A stretch of 64,000 bases of DNA from Takakia lepidozioides (lineage: Eukaryota; Plantae; Bryophyta). Location of the stretch: positions 59,334,001-59,398,000 of the forward strand of contig CM060733.1 of NCBI GenBank assembly GCA_030704615.1. Direction: 5' to 3'. The position numbers were made by a program, and so were the translations under genes. Positions 1 to 13,220 of the stretch are shown piece by piece. The number at the start of each line of letters is the position of its first letter. Positions within the stretch are counted from its first letter, which is position 1. The notes under the pieces are model-generated. The model worked only from the letters and a program-made list of their open reading frames with translations, did no database searches and was not told the DNA's origin.

Positions 1-674
1 TGAAGAACATGGCCAACACGGAGGGGATGAGTGCACTACAAGGCACTAGTATGGATGAGGTCGGGGGTCATGCCAGGGATTGGATGAGAGCTCTGTGGGA
101 CTTAGGGGAATGCTGCCTCATTTAGGTGCTCTGACAAAGGGCGCGGAGTCATCAGGCTCATCGGATAGCTTTGAGTCCTCCTCTGAGGATGAGGATGAGG
201 ATGACTAGTCCTAGTCCATGTAGGTCCCAGGATCAGCCTACTGAACCCTTGTGAGCTTTTCAGCTCATTTCCTGTAAATATATTTCCATCTTTCCATCTT
301 CCATCTTATTCATGTGTCGCACCGTCCTCACCCTCGATTCATGCTTGCTCAATTGTGTACCTGCTAAATCAGAGAAATGGAACTGTAAGGTCTTCCATCC
401 CCAAAAACAAAACCAGGCAAAAAACAAAAAACCACCCCTAATTCACCCCAAAATCAACCCCCAACCCCCCCCCACCAGGCTGCCCTCGCGACTGCAGAAC
501 GTCGCCAATGGCGACGTGTTTTTGGGCGGGGGTTGCACGCCGCGACGGTCGGGCGTCGCCAATCCCATTTGCGGGCGGCAACCTCTGACACCCCCTACGA
601 CGTGTTTTTTTGGTGCGGGGGTCGCAAGCCGCGACGCCCTGGCGTCGCGTAGCCCGCCACCCTGCCCGCGCCAC

Positions 675-715
<41 letters not shown>

Positions 716-1227
716 TAAAAATAAATTTAAAAAAAAAACAACGCTTGAGCGTCTACAAAACCCACGCCCGGGCATGGTAGAGCCCGACTCCTGTTCCTGC
801 TGTTTTTTTTTGCCACGCCCAATAGTCGCTTGTAGCGACGCACTGACGTTGCTTGGCGTACCACCTGGCTTACGCCACGTGTTTTTGGGTTTTATGATGG
901 GACTCCCGGGCAGGTTAGAAAAAAAAGGGTGCGACGCCGCGCCGGCGCCCCCACCAATGCCGTCGGCTGGAGGTCCGCGACGGCGAGACGTCGCTCGACG
1001 GAGGCCCCTGCCATCGGCGCGGACGGCCTGAAAAGCGACGTCCGACAGTCGTGGGAGTTGGGGCGGGTGCTCGCGACCCCCATACGACGCATTTTTGCGA
1101 CGCCCATGCGACTGCCGGGTGACGGCCGGGCATCGCAAATTCTGCGCCTGCCCCCTGCCCGAAAAGGGCGTTTTCCCGACGCTGCGGCGTGGTTCGGTCG
1201 TCGCAAAGGCCCCCTTTTCCTGTAGTG
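1..1227. mobile_element. Right end of a CACTA (EnSpm) DNA transposon; the element extends left of the window
   Basis: Ends in TTTTCCTGTAGTG (1215-1227), the reverse complement of CACTACAGGAAAA, a typical CACTA TIR. More than 15 GCGAC/GTCGC subterminal motifs lie in both orientations over ~488-1205. The sequence switches abruptly to AT-rich after 1227. Confidence 0.8.
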
Positions 1228-1612
1228 TGATAACTATTAAAATATTAGTTTATAAAATATGTATTCAATTTTGTATAAAACGAGAGGTGAAACGAAATCC
1301 CATATGTGAAACCAAATCTGCAATTCAATTGAATTACATAGACTTGTTTCTTTTCGTAGTTTTGGTGTCTTGAATCGTTTTGAAGCAATCGATCGTCTCT
1401 CTTGCCATCACACATGTGGTTGTTCACCAACTGAGTCACACATGTCATGGTACATATCCAATATCTGATGTTATGGAATAGTCAGCTCACAATTCAGTTG
1501 AATTGACGATGGTTTAGTTGAACTACAAAACTCAGTTCGCCATTCAATTGAACTGTAATGTATAATAATTAAAGTATTAGTTTATAAAATGTGTATTCAA
1601 TTTTGTCTATAT
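1228..1612. repeat. Two imperfect ~45-bp AT-rich direct repeats (~1231-1277 and ~1563-1610)
   Basis: TATTAGTTTATAAAAT(A/G)TGTATTCAATTTTGT occurs twice, about 330 bp apart. Confidence 0.6.
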
Positions 1613-2286
1613 GATAGGCCACGTTGGTGCCATTGCTTTTTAAACTTCATCTTCAAAAACTTCTAGCCACCCTCTCTCACCAGTGTTTTTATTTCTCGCG
1701 AAATGTCGCACTTTTTCGACCCCCCCAAAAAAAAATATATATTCTGTCATAAATTCCTTATTTTCTCATGGATGAAATCGCCAAAATTCTCCAAAAAAAT
1801 ATAAATCTTGGATGAATTCGCCTAATATGGATGAAAGTATAGAAGAGGATGATTCTGTCCAAATTTCAGTGGATGAACAGAAAATATGGCTATTTCCTGC
1901 AAAACTCAGTAGCCACTCCTGTTATTTTCCAAATTTGAAAAACAAAACACTGTCTCTCTGTCACCGCCATCTCTCACCCATCTCTGGAGAGCGTTGACTG
2001 CCAACGTGCTAGCTGTAGCCAATCCTGAACACGAACATTTCATCTATAACTGTGGATGAAATTAATTTATACTTGTCGTTACTTACTTAGTATTTATGCT
2101 CGTATTTCGACGTTTTACCATCCTCATACATCCATCTGTGCTGGGCAAAACCGGAGGAGGAATGGCAAAACCTTACCCACACTCTTCTCTCCCTTCTCTC
2201 TCTCTCTCTCTCTCTCTCTCTTTTGCTTGCAGGGATTTTTGTTTGAGCTGTGTGGTGGTGGTGGTGGATCTGTTGCTGGGCCAGCT

Positions 2287-3059
2287 ATGGTAGTGGCTGC
2301 GGCACCTGCGGTCATGGCACTCTCGGTTACCTCCTTGTCATCTGCATCCGGAGCATCCACTTCTCGCTCCTCGTTCTTCTCAGGAACCAACTGCGCATTT
2401 CAGGTGCCCCTCCTGTCTATGTATGTGTGAATGTGAATGTGTGGGTTTGGGCGTCATTTTTCTTTTCGATTGACCCGATTTCGTTTTCCCTTGGCATCTC
2501 CTTCGTCCTACTTCCTCGTGCAAATTCGTCTTTCTCTCTGCTCAGGCCCTCTTGTGTATGGAAAGATGATTATGACGCAACTGGGAAGGGTATTTTCACC
2601 ACAAGGCTCCGACATTGGTTGGGGTGGCAGGGCATGGCGGCTTGGAGGTGAATATCTCATTCTAGTGCGGAGAATTTTGTTTCTCAGTTTGGTGTTGGAA
2701 GGGAAGAAGAGAGTAACTTGGTGGTGTATGTGCAGGTGAACAGAGGGGAAGCGAGGGTTACGTGCCGAAAGCAGGAAATTCATCCCAAGTTTTTTAGTGA
2801 GGCGAAAGTATATTGCAATGGAGACCTGGTGATGACCACCGGTGGCACGCAGGGGGAGTATGTAGTGGATGTTTGGTCTGGTAACCATCCCTTTTATCAG
2901 GGTAATAAGACGACTCTCCTCCTCGATGCAGATAGGGTTGACAAGTTCAAGCAGCGGTATGGAGGTCTCTCGAACCTTGCCGCCATCCCAGTGCTAAACC
3001 ATGGAGAGATTGTGTTTGAGAAAAAGAAGAAAAATGTGAAGGGTAAAGGCAAAAAGTAG
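2287..3059 (+). CDS. PRPL31: Plastid 50S ribosomal protein L31 (bL31c), 2 exons: 2287-2403 and 2736-3059
   Basis: Exon 1 encodes a Ser/Ala-rich transit peptide (MVVAAAPAVMALSVTSLSSASG...). A phase-0 GT-AG intron spans 2404-2735. Exon 2 encodes RKQEIHPKF...VYCNG...VDVWSGNHPFY, the bL31 signature. A (CT)n tract lies upstream at ~2195-2221. Confidence 0.93.
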
Positions 3060-4298
3060 AGAAAAGGGTGGGCATAAGTGTAGCCTTGGCTGTCAGGTTT
3101 TGAAGATTGGGGTCTTGGTGAAGTGTGCTCCTCAATGTTAAGTGGAAGTACATGGGTTTTTAGGGGAAAAGTGCAGGGTATTGAGATGAAGGTGTTTTGT
3201 AACTAGGAGAGTCCAATTGGCCTCCCGAAGCACCATCAGACCTGTAGAGTGTTGTTGTCTTCAAATTGGATGGAAGTACTACTGTAGTCTGCCGCTTACA
3301 TTTTCTGAAATTTGGGCTCAGTTTTTGGCCCTGTTCATAATGTGGACGTCGCTATGTAACATAAAGCACGGAAGTGATTGGACCACATTACTGTGAGGAA
3401 AAAAGTTGAATTATTTAAGAGATTGTCCACTGCCCCCCGGCGTGCCCTCCCTTCCTATTCTCTCTCTCTCACTCTCTTTCAACAAGGCTACGGCAAACAA
3501 AGCCTTTCTTTTCTGACTCTCTTGCCCTTCCTGTTCCTGTATACTGCATCTGCACCAATTGTTGTTCTGTGGCACGTCCCAAGTCTGCCCTTGTCTAAAC
3601 ATGACCTCTGAAGTTTCTCCTGCAAGGGTCTAGCCAGATAGATGCTGTTTCCCGCCATGCAATCACACCACAGAGCTAGCAGATGCCACAAAGGATGAAA
3701 CTATTTGGAATGGTCTATGAAACTCTAGTTACCAGCCTTCCAAGTGGAATGTTCATTGCATGATTACTACAAGTTTGCCATTAGAAGAGTATCTCCACTT
3801 TTAATTCAATGCGCAATGGTAGGTGGATGAGTTCACCAGAACAGCCAAGAGCTTTCAGTCTGAGACAAGTCCCTGGATTATTGCATCCCCAAATCTTGTA
3901 GGAAAGGATTGGAGAGGTGGACTGTGGGAGATGCTTCACCTCCACCTTCCATCTTCGAGAATCTAGAGGAATGCAGGATAGACAGTGTAAGTATTCACAA
4001 CCAGTCACTGGAGGCCAGCTTAAAGATGGTAACGAGTGGCACTGTCTGTAGAGAGGAGACGCATCAAGCCCCAATTCACGGATGAACTGTCAAGCAGTGT
4101 CCATGGAATTCATCTTGCCTCTCTAAGTGGAATATTGAAACATCAGAATTATGAAAGGAGGGCCAGTTTAATAACTAATACAGGTCCTCTAGCAGCACTT
4201 CGGCATGTGAAGTTGGCTACGGAACTGCCAGTGAGACCAGTTCAGACCCATTGATTTATAAATAACATACGCTGGACTCCTCTTTTGCAGCACTAGAG

Positions 4299-7173
4299 TC
4301 AGCTCTCGATGCTTTGATCAAAGCCTCCACAGGACTCCAGAATACTAAATGTGCCTGAATTGGGATGGATACCATTCTCTAACATTTCATTGTACAGTCT
4401 GCGGACTTCACCGCCTTCGTCTGCCTCTGAGAAGCAAGCCAGAAGTGTGTTGTATATGACGACGTTGGGTTTACACCCATTTGCTTTCATATCTTGAAGG
4501 ACTGTGCATGCAGCCTCCAATCTCCCTGCCTTTCCTGTTGGCATAAGACATCAACATCCCATGGTGAGCATGAAATGATGAATAACAACTGCAGCCTACA
4601 CATCTGAGAGTCAACGTGCTCAGAAACCCTAATGCTACCTCTCCCAAACCCTGTACAAGTTTTCTAAGTGACAGCCACGATCAATCTAGTTTTTCAGTCA
4701 AATTGGAACTGTGGGCTTCTCAGAAGAGTCTTACCAAAGCCATTGACAAGAATCCCGTAAGTGAAGATATCAGGTGAGTGCCCCGCTTCCTTCAGTTGGT
4801 GCAGAACTTTGCACGCCTCTTCCATGCGACCGGCTTTGCTAAGAGTATCCATTAGTATATTGCAAGTAATTTTATCTGTGGTATAGCCTTTCTCTTGCAT
4901 TTCATTGAAGATATTGAGGGCCATGTCTACATCGCCAGCCTTGCCAAGGCTATGGATAATAGTGCCGTAAACCAGAACATCGGGCTTGCACCCCTTCTCT
5001 TTCATTTCCTTAAAAAGAAAGCAGGCTTCCCCAAAATTTCCCACCTTGCTTAGACTCTGGATGAGACTAGCATAGGTGAAAACATCGGGGGTACACATGC
5101 CAACAGCCATGTCTTTGTAAAGTTGGTAAGCGTCTTCCACTCTACCTGCCTTCCCAAGGCCATTGATGAGAGAGTTATAGTTTACAACATTTGGCTCACA
5201 GCCCTTCTGCTTCATTTCAATAAATAATTGATAAGCAGCATCCAGCATCCCTGCTTTGCCCAAACCATCTATGAGGACTCCATAAGCAATGGAGTCGGGT
5301 CGGCAACCAACCTCCTTCATCTCTTTAAAGAGATTCAATGCTTCTTCCACTTTGCCAAGTCTCCCAAAGCTTTGAATAAGAGTACTGTAAGATATCACAG
5401 TTGGAATGTAGCCACTTTGCTTCATTTCTTGGAACATCTGATGAGCTTCCTCAACTCTCCCGACCTTGCCCAAAGCACCAATTATTATATTAAACGATAC
5501 GACATCAGGGCACAATCCATCCTCTCTCATCTCAAGAAAAAGCCAAACTGCCTCATCCACTTTCTTTACCTGCCCTAAGCAATACATCAGGCTGTTGTAG
5601 GTGAGGACGTCAGGCCGACATCCCTGGACTTTCATTCGCCTGAAAAGCAACATGGCATCATCCACATTGCCTGCCCGGCCAAGACCATCAATGAATATGT
5701 TGAATGTAAGTGTGTTGGGCAGACAGTCTGACTCTTCCATCTTGTTGAAAACTTTACGAGCTCTGTCATGGTAGCCTCCTCTCACCAGCACTTGTATCAA
5801 GCAGTTGTAAGCCTCAACACTCACTGGCAATCCACAGTGCTCCATCTCCTTGAAGGCCTCCAATGCCTCACCAATCAAATTGGCCCTGTGAAACAAACAG
5901 TGCTTCATGCAAGATACTGGAAAGCACTTAAGGTAAACACAAATTAAGCATACAATACTCCAGACATTTTCTACAAGTCTCAGTAACTTAAGGGACATAA
6001 ATTAGACAGCCTCAGTTCCTACACTGCTTTCCCAACAGGGCTATCTGGCATGGGGGTTTCTTATCCTCCCGGATCTTTTGACATCCATTTGACCTGGAGG
6101 AGGGTTCTCGTACATTGTAGTATGTTGTGTGTAGAAGCACATACTTTCACACCTGATATTCTCTCAGCTACGTCTGAGGCGTGACAGCCTTTGAAGGGCT
6201 TGACCCGGCACAGACTAGAGTGGTCCTTAAGGGGAAAAAACAGCATGTGAGAACGTCAACCTTGGGAGATGCAAGAAGGAACTCACAGCTCACAGCAATG
6301 CTACAAGTGACAGAGTGTAATGCAGCTCTAACATTAAAAGTACCTGCCATAGCTCCTCACCAGGGCCAAATAGGTGGCTGTGGACACCGCGCAGGACTCA
6401 TTCCGCATCTCCTCCAGCAATTGCTGCATTGCATCAAAGCGCCGTGCAGCCCCCAGTAGTCCAATCATCACAGAGTAGGTATGTGTGGTGTGGTCGTAGC
6501 CCTCTTGTTCTCGGGCCCAATTGAAGAAGCTCAGTGCCAGGTCCATGTCTCTCTGGCGCTTCAAGACCTCGCCCACATGTTGGGGCTTCATTCCCACTGC
6601 CAGCTGCTCCAGTAGCTCCTTCGTCTCCGGACCCCATTTCTTCTCCCTAAGAAGCTTACTTATACGAGCAACGACCCCTAGCTCTTGAAACCTTTGCTGA
6701 GAGTTTGACCTATTGCCCTCTTCTTCTGCCCTTCTCACTTGCGGTTGGAGAGACAATTCAGGAGAGTAGCATAGAATCTCAAAGCTGGCACCTTCTGGTA
6801 GCTGGCCCACATCTTCACTAACACTCAAGTTTTCTTTCTGCGGCGAAGTACAAGCCTCCTGAACAAGCCCTGATAAAGCAGATGCGGCACCGTGGAATGC
6901 CCGACATGAAGAGATACTCAAAGGTGCCTTCACAGATGGAGAATAATGGGATTGAGCACAAATCAATTTCCCCGAGTTAGAGCTGACAAACCTTCCACGA
7001 AACAGAATTGGCCGCAAACTTCCTGCTTGTATATTGGGTGCTCCTCTTGTACAAACACGCAACCTGCTCTCGATTACCTCTACTTTTGACGAGTCCCCAG
7101 TACAATAACTATCCAAAATCTTGGCAAACCTTCTCGCTAACCTTCTGGCAAACCTTCCTCTCATACTCCCCAA
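4299..7173 (-). CDS. P-class pentatricopeptide repeat protein, 3 exons (7173-6344, 5885-4735, 4534-4299)
   Basis: Tandem 35-aa motifs (PDVLTYNSLMYCLGQVKKVDEA, PNVVNYNSLINGLGKAGRVEDA). The N-terminus is Arg-rich and looks organelle-targeted, followed by ALSFFNWAREQEGYDHT. GT-AG junctions restore the frame (e.g. TTT G|GA AAG). Confidence 0.9.
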
Positions 7174-7618
7174 GATTCCTCTCTCCCTCCCGCTTCAGAG
7201 CACGTCCTGGTCCAATGGACCTCAACTCTTTGGTCAGCCGCTCTACACATTCGATGTATTCAGACCCAACCCACCCGCCAAATGTGATGGGCTCACGATT
7301 GCTTCACCTCTCAACCCTCTGTGGGGAAGGATCGACGACCCTAAAAACCCAGAATCCTAAAACCCTCGGTAATAAGAAGAGCCATGGTTGCAAGACAACG
7401 ATGCAGGGCTAATGGATGAATGCCACGTTAGTGGAAGTGCGTGAATCAGACTTGGCCGTCGTTCTTACGCACAAGGTTTCAAATGTCTGGCCCCGCATTC
7501 GATGCAGAGCTGCTGCCAAAATCGTTACTCAGAGAGATCAGACCTCGCGGATGAGTTCCTGAGATGAGTGAGTAGGTCCTTTTCGGATCTTGCAGGGAGT
7601 CTGTGCAGAGGGTGAGAG

Positions 7619-9265
7619 ATGGGCGAGCTCAGATGGGCGAGCCCGTTGATTTACAGACCATCCCATACTTTTCAACTTCCTGTTCGACCCCAGACCCATC
7701 AAACACCGCTGCATTTTCGCTGTGTTTGTGTTTCCAGGCCTTCGAGTATATCAGCTGAGACTAACCCCATACAAGAAGAGAGGAAACAGAGTGTGGCTGT
7801 TTTCTGGGACTTGGACAACAAGCCTCCGAAGTCTGTCCGTCCGTATGACGCTGCACTTCGTCTCAGGGATATGGCCGCGGAGTTTGGGAATGTTGTAGAT
7901 ATGGTGGCGTATGCTAATCGCCATGCTTTTATCTATGTCCCACAATGGGTGAGAGACGAGAGACAAGAGAGGAAGAGGCTAGATGTAATGGAGAGGCAGG
8001 GGCTGGTGGAGGTTGAAGAGCCTTATCTGTGCGAATATTGTGGGCGGAAATGTAAGACACATATCGCTCTGAAGAAGCATTTTAAACAGTTGCATGAGAG
8101 AGAGCGGAACAAACGAATGACCCACCTCAAACATTTGAAGGGGAAGCGACGGATCAAGTACAAGGAGAAGCTGGCCGACAAAGAAGTCAAATACAAGAAA
8201 GTGGCCAGTGAAATTTTAGTGCCGAAATTGGGCTATGGCTTGGGAGCAGAGCTCAAAAGGGCGGGCGTCTTTGTGAGAACTGTGGAAGACCGCCCGCAAG
8301 CTGCAGATGAAGCTTTGATGAAACACATGAATCTCTATATCGCCAGGTAATTTTTAGGAGAGAGAGTCATTGAGGGACTGGCAGAGAGGGAAACCCCGTT
8401 GGTGTGCACCTTGCAGGCTTTCCAATTAATATGTTTCATCTCTCTGAAATTTAGTCATGCTCTACTGTCTGGCCATGGTCGGGCTTCCATGCAGCAACCA
8501 CTGGAAGGTTGCCCGCATAGAATCTTGAGCATGCCATTTCTTCTTCGAAAGGAAGGTCGACACACAGATATACACCCCTTATCCACACCCTTTATCGAAG
8601 GGCGAGAGACCTATCAGCCTTGTTGCTTCAGCCTTGCCTGACGTGCTTGAATCCCAACAACATTAGGCTCTTTACAGAGCTGTTACCAGATTTATCTCAG
8701 AAACGTCATCAGGTGTGTTAGTCAGAATGAATGGAAGAAGGGACGTGCGGTCCCACAGGGCACACGGTTATTAACCCAGTGAAATCTGTGTGGCAGGGGG
8801 CTCGAGTGCCTGTGCCTGGTTTCTGACGATTCTGACTTCATCAATGTCTTGAGGCTGGCCCGAATGCATCGATTACTTACCATCGTGGTGGGTGAGACCA
8901 TGAGACTGAGAGGGTATGCAGATATGTCTTTCTCATGGGATGATGTGGCATCAGGCAGAGCCCAATGGCAGGCCTTGGAGGCCTACAAGCAGTGGTACAA
9001 CAAGGCAGCACTTGCAAAGGAGCTTCTGGATGATTCTGATCTTGAGGAAGGAGAAGGCTTGGACAGCGTGAGTGTGAGGCCTGCTGTTAAGATCTCAGCT
9101 TTCTCAGAGGAGGAAGGAGGGTGGAAGAGTGAGGACGAGGATAGCATGCTTGATGGCGGTGCATCTTTGGACAGGGTGCCTTCAGAGGTTGTTGATGATG
9201 CACTATGGGATGAATCTGACGAGTGGGATGGTGACTCCGATGATGAGTCAGAGATCGACAATTAA
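7619..9265 (+). CDS. NYN (PIN-like) domain protein with embedded C2H2 zinc finger and acidic tail, 2 exons (7619-8346, 8797-9265)
   Basis: Motifs VAVFWDLDNKPP, CEYCGRKC...HFKQLH, QAADEAL and, after splicing, CLCLVSDDSDF (NYN acidic motifs). GT-AG intron 8347-8796. Confidence 0.88.
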
Positions 9266-10946
9266 TGGGTCTTTATATGTGGTTGGCCATCATGAATTAC
9301 ATCAGAGCAAGAGTTCACACTGCGGATACAATCATGGCAAGTCCAGGTCCAAGGTTTGTCTCCTCTCTCTCTCTCTCTCTCCACACATATCTCGGTGTTG
9401 AGTTTTCCTCCAGCTGTAACTGAGATGCACATATACGAAAAGTGGTTCAATCAGGTTAACACAAAGCTTTGGGTGTTACTAGATTTTTCCACTGCAGAGG
9501 GTGCTGTGTGGGTCGACCATTCCAACCATGCTAAGTCCCTAGAATCCATTCAGGCTCAAATAATGCATGTCTGCATGTTCTAGAACAGCTAATGTGGCTG
9601 TTCAGGGCAAGGTTGGCATCTCTAGAGGAGATGGATTCAAGGTCAGATGGTGGGGTCAGTTGACATGTCTAACACCAGATACCCTAAGATAATCCACTCT
9701 ATTTCTTGGAAGCAAGACCGCCTTGTTAAACAGGCTAAGTCCTGGCGGAAAGGGGTAGAAGACATTTTCAAGTATCAGAACATTAGTCCAGAAGAATTGA
9801 CCCTTCTGGATGAATGCTGGTGCCTTTGTTTTCATCCTTGAAAGCCATTCTTTTCCTTGGATCTGGCAATCTTGCTTTTATCTTGGTTACCTGGCAAATT
9901 TGTGTTCAGATTTTACTAGTCTTTACATTGATGTATCTCTCATGATAGTCTACACCTGTCGTTGATGCAGTCTGCTTTAGATAGCAGCAGGAGTGTTGCC
10001 CAATTTCATGCAGCCTCAGGTGCCTGAGGCAGACATGAACCTTTTGGTGGTACAGATCTCACGTGCCAATTATGGAGCCCTTGCAAGAAGCCTCCATGCC
10101 CCACATGGTGTCCCCTTTCCAACCTGTCGCCTCAAGAGTGGTGCTGACATTCGGGTTCATTACACTTGTGACCCGGCAAAGTTGTTACAGTGATGGATTT
10201 GGTATCAAGGAAGAGGTTTATCTCTGTGGGCAAGTATTTCCTCCAGCCTTCTCTTTTGCATGGATTGCTTGTAGGAGCCATGGTTAAGTGTTCCTTTTTG
10301 TTGCACCTCTGCCATCAACATCCACCCTGTAGCTCTTTTTCTGGATGAGAAAAGGCAGGAGATGAGGAAAAGTTTGTGGTTTAGCTAGCATGTGGATTGG
10401 TATGTTGGTCTCTGCTTTGCAATTCCCAATGTTATCTGACCTGATTTTTTATTTGGCATAGAAGAACGCTGTGGCAGTATTAGTTCAGAAATTTGGAAGC
10501 CTATCAGTGATCTATTTGTACTGAGCAGCTATAAAAATGGCCACCAATGAAATCCAGGCCACATACCACCCACAATTAGCTCTGTTTGGCTGTGATGGAA
10601 GTGAACCATCACATGCCAATCCACCAAACCTTTGATGCTTCGCTCAAGCTTTCACCAAGATTCCCAGACATTGGATACTCCGCATTCACTCCAAATAAAT
10701 CTACCAAGGCTTCCCATCTTTGGATTCCACTGCAAAACTGTCAACTTCTGGAACTTCAGGATGTTGTTCATGCTTACTGTTCATTGGAGAGTCTACAGTT
10801 CAGGTAAGTTGACTGGTCCTATTTGATTTGTGATAATAATGGACTGGAAGTGCAGTACTGGCTATTGCCTTCAATGAGGAATCATTTTTCTGAACTTCAC
10901 TTTTTACCATACCTGTTTCACCTTCACCTTTGAATTGTTGGATGAA

Positions 10947-13220
10947 TCACCAGTAATCCCTACAAGAACAAATGCCATCTTGGAAGTGGTGAAAGCGTTT
11001 GGCATCCCGCACAACAACTACTCGCCCAACAATCCTTGATATAAACTTGGTGGCGGTGTGGCAGTCACCACATGCGCGAAGGTTCTTGATGATGCGGATA
11101 GGTGTCCCAGGGGGTGTGCTAATAAGCCCATATGCTATGGCTAGTTTCTCACTGTGGTAGCAAAGCAAAGTCTCCTTTTGCTCCATCTCCACATCATGCA
11201 ATACGAAGCGAGTGTCAGGCACATAACCAGCCTCCTTCATTTGCCTAGACAGTCTTGTCAGCTCAGCACTGATCTCCTCGATTTGCGGATGCTGTCTGTC
11301 ATCTGCAAAGAATGTGTGCACTTGATTGTCGACCTCAATGCAACAGCGACCTGGCACCTTTCTGGCAGACTTATCCTCCATCATTTTCCTCACCTTTGCA
11401 CTGTCATCCCATCTGCCAGCTGCAGCATACATGTTTGATAGTAGCACATAAGTTGCAGCATCCTGTGGATACAACTTAAGGAGGCCTTTTGCTGCACGTT
11501 CTGCCACCTCCATATTCCCGTGAATTTTGCAGGCACCAAGCAAGGGCCCCCACACCGAAGCATCTGCTTCAATTGGCATTCTGTTAATGAAGTCTTCTGC
11601 CTCCTCCAATTGCCCAGCCCGGCTGAGAAGGTCCACAACGCAGCTAAAATGCTCCATCGTAGGAGTGATGCCATAATCTTGTCTCATACAATCAAAGTAG
11701 TGTCTTCCTTCATCCACTAGGCCCACATAGCTACATGCAGAGAGAACAGTTATAAAGGTGACACTGTTCGGCTTCAAGCCCTCCAGTTGCATTTGCTCCA
11801 CCAGTTGCAAGGCCTCCCTACCACACCCATGCTGAGCATATCCTGCGCTCATTGCATTCCATGCGACCACATCTCGTTCAGCCATACTGTTGAACACTTC
11901 TTGTGCATCCTTTACGTTCCCACATTTGGCATACATGTCAATGATGGCAGTATCCAGAATGATATCTGGAGCAATTCCGGCTTTGAGGATGTCCACATGG
12001 ATCTCTTTGCCATTTTTCAGGGCTGCTAGGCTAGCACAAGCTTTGAGAACACCAACGAACGTGACCTGGTTAGGCATCACCCCTTCTTGTATCATTTCTT
12101 CATACATCTCCAACGCCTCCATACCACAACCATGCTGAGCATATCCTGCAATCATTGCACTCCATGAGACTACATTTCGTTGAGCCATTTTGTCGAACAC
12201 TCTACGCGCATCCTTCATATTCCCACATTTGGCATACATGTCCACAAGGGTACTCTGCAGAACAATATTTGGCTCAATTCCCGCTTTTCTGATGTCAGCA
12301 TGGACATCTTTGCCCTTTTCCAAGGCTGCCAAGCTCGCACATGCCTTGAGTACAGAAACAAAGGTGACCTGGTTAGGTGTCACTCCTTCCCTTAGCATTT
12401 GCTCATACATTTCCAAAGCCCCCATGTTGCCCCCATGCTGAGCATATCCTCCAATCATTGCACTCCATGAGACCACATTTCGTTCAGCCATTTTGTCGAA
12501 CACCTGACGAGCATCCTTTATGTTGCCACATTTGGCATACATGTCCACAAGGGTACTAGCCAGAATGATATTTGGCTCAATTCCTGCTTTCATGATGTCA
12601 GCATGAACCTTTCTCCCCTTTTCCGGAGCTGCCAGGCTTGCACATGCCTTGAGACTGCAAACAAAGGTGACCTGATTGGGCGTCACCGCTTCAAGGAGTA
12701 TTCGATCATACATCACCAAAGCCTCCCTATTACACCCTTGCTTGGCATAACCTGCCATCATTATATTCCACGTACAGATATCTCGTTCAGGCATTTTGTC
12801 AAACACTCGGCGCGCATCCACAATGCTCCCACACTTGGCATACATGTTGACTATGCTGTTGAGTAGAAAGGTGTTTGGCTTACATCCACTATGGACAATA
12901 TGGGCATGTACCTGCTTTCCCTCTACCAGGCCTTTCATCTTGATGCACTCCTGCAAGAGACAGACATAAGTATTGGAGTCTACCAAAATGCCTCCTCTGT
13001 TCAAAATGTACAGTGCCTCCTTCAGTTGTCCTCCCTGACACAGTGTCCTCACATTGGCAGATTCGCAACCAGAGCCTCTTATGCCGTCACCAAATCGCAC
13101 TTGGCCATGTGGCATGTCAATTGGCTTTCCTTTCACCCCAGGAGGATTGCAACAATCCTCCATCCAAAGGAACTCTTCTTTGTGCTCCTTATGTCTGTAG
13201 TCTGGCAATCTTGGAATTTT
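10947..13220 (-). CDS. PLS-E-DYW PPR protein (organellar C-to-U RNA editing factor), main exon
   Basis: P-L-S triplets (LVDMYAKCG...ARQVFDKM..RNVVSWSAMIGGYAQHG), E domain, PG box (PGRCCIEV), HSEKLA, CGDCH and a terminal DYW. Acceptor CAG at 13223-13221. Confidence 0.95.
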   Translation of the reverse strand, partial: KIPRLPDYRHKEHKEEFLWMEDCCNPPGVKGKPIDMPHGQVRFGDGIRGSGCESANVRTLCQGGQLKEALYILNRGGILVDSNTYVCLLQECIKMKGLVEGKQVHAHIVHSGCKPNTFLLNSIVNMYAKCGSIVDARRVFDKMPERDICTWNIMMAGYAKQGCNREALVMYDRILLEAVTPNQVTFVCSLKACASLAAPEKGRKVHADIMKAGIEPNIILASTLVDMYAKCGNIKDARQVFDKMAERNVVSWSAMIGGYAQHGGNMGALEMYEQMLREGVTPNQVTFVSVLKACASLAALEKGKDVHADIRKAGIEPNIVLQSTLVDMYAKCGNMKDARRVFDKMAQRNVVSWSAMIAGYAQHGCGMEALEMYEEMIQEGVMPNQVTFVGVLKACASLAALKNGKEIHVDILKAGIAPDIILDTAIIDMYAKCGNVKDAQEVFNSMAERDVVAWNAMSAGYAQHGCGREALQLVEQMQLEGLKPNSVTFITVLSACSYVGLVDEGRHYFDCMRQDYGITPTMEHFSCVVDLLSRAGQLEEAEDFINRMPIEADASVWGPLLGACKIHGNMEVAERAAKGLLKLYPQDAATYVLLSNMYAAAGRWDDSAKVRKMMEDKSARKVPGRCCIEVDNQVHTFFADDRQHPQIEEISAELTRLSRQMKEAGYVPDTRFVLHDVEMEQKETLLCYHSEKLAIAYGLISTPPGTPIRIIKNLRACGDCHTATKFISRIVGRVVVVRDAKRFHHFQDGICSCRDYW

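Noticed and set aside
34-46. CACTACAAGGCAC as the left TIR of the CACTA element
   Set aside because: It matches the right TIR for only the first 7 bases, has no subterminal repeats, and the preceding GTG differs from the TGA after 1227.
312-1225. Long overlapping ORFs in the GC-rich first kilobase
   Set aside because: These arise from GC-rich subterminal repeats and a poly-T run; they show no protein features.
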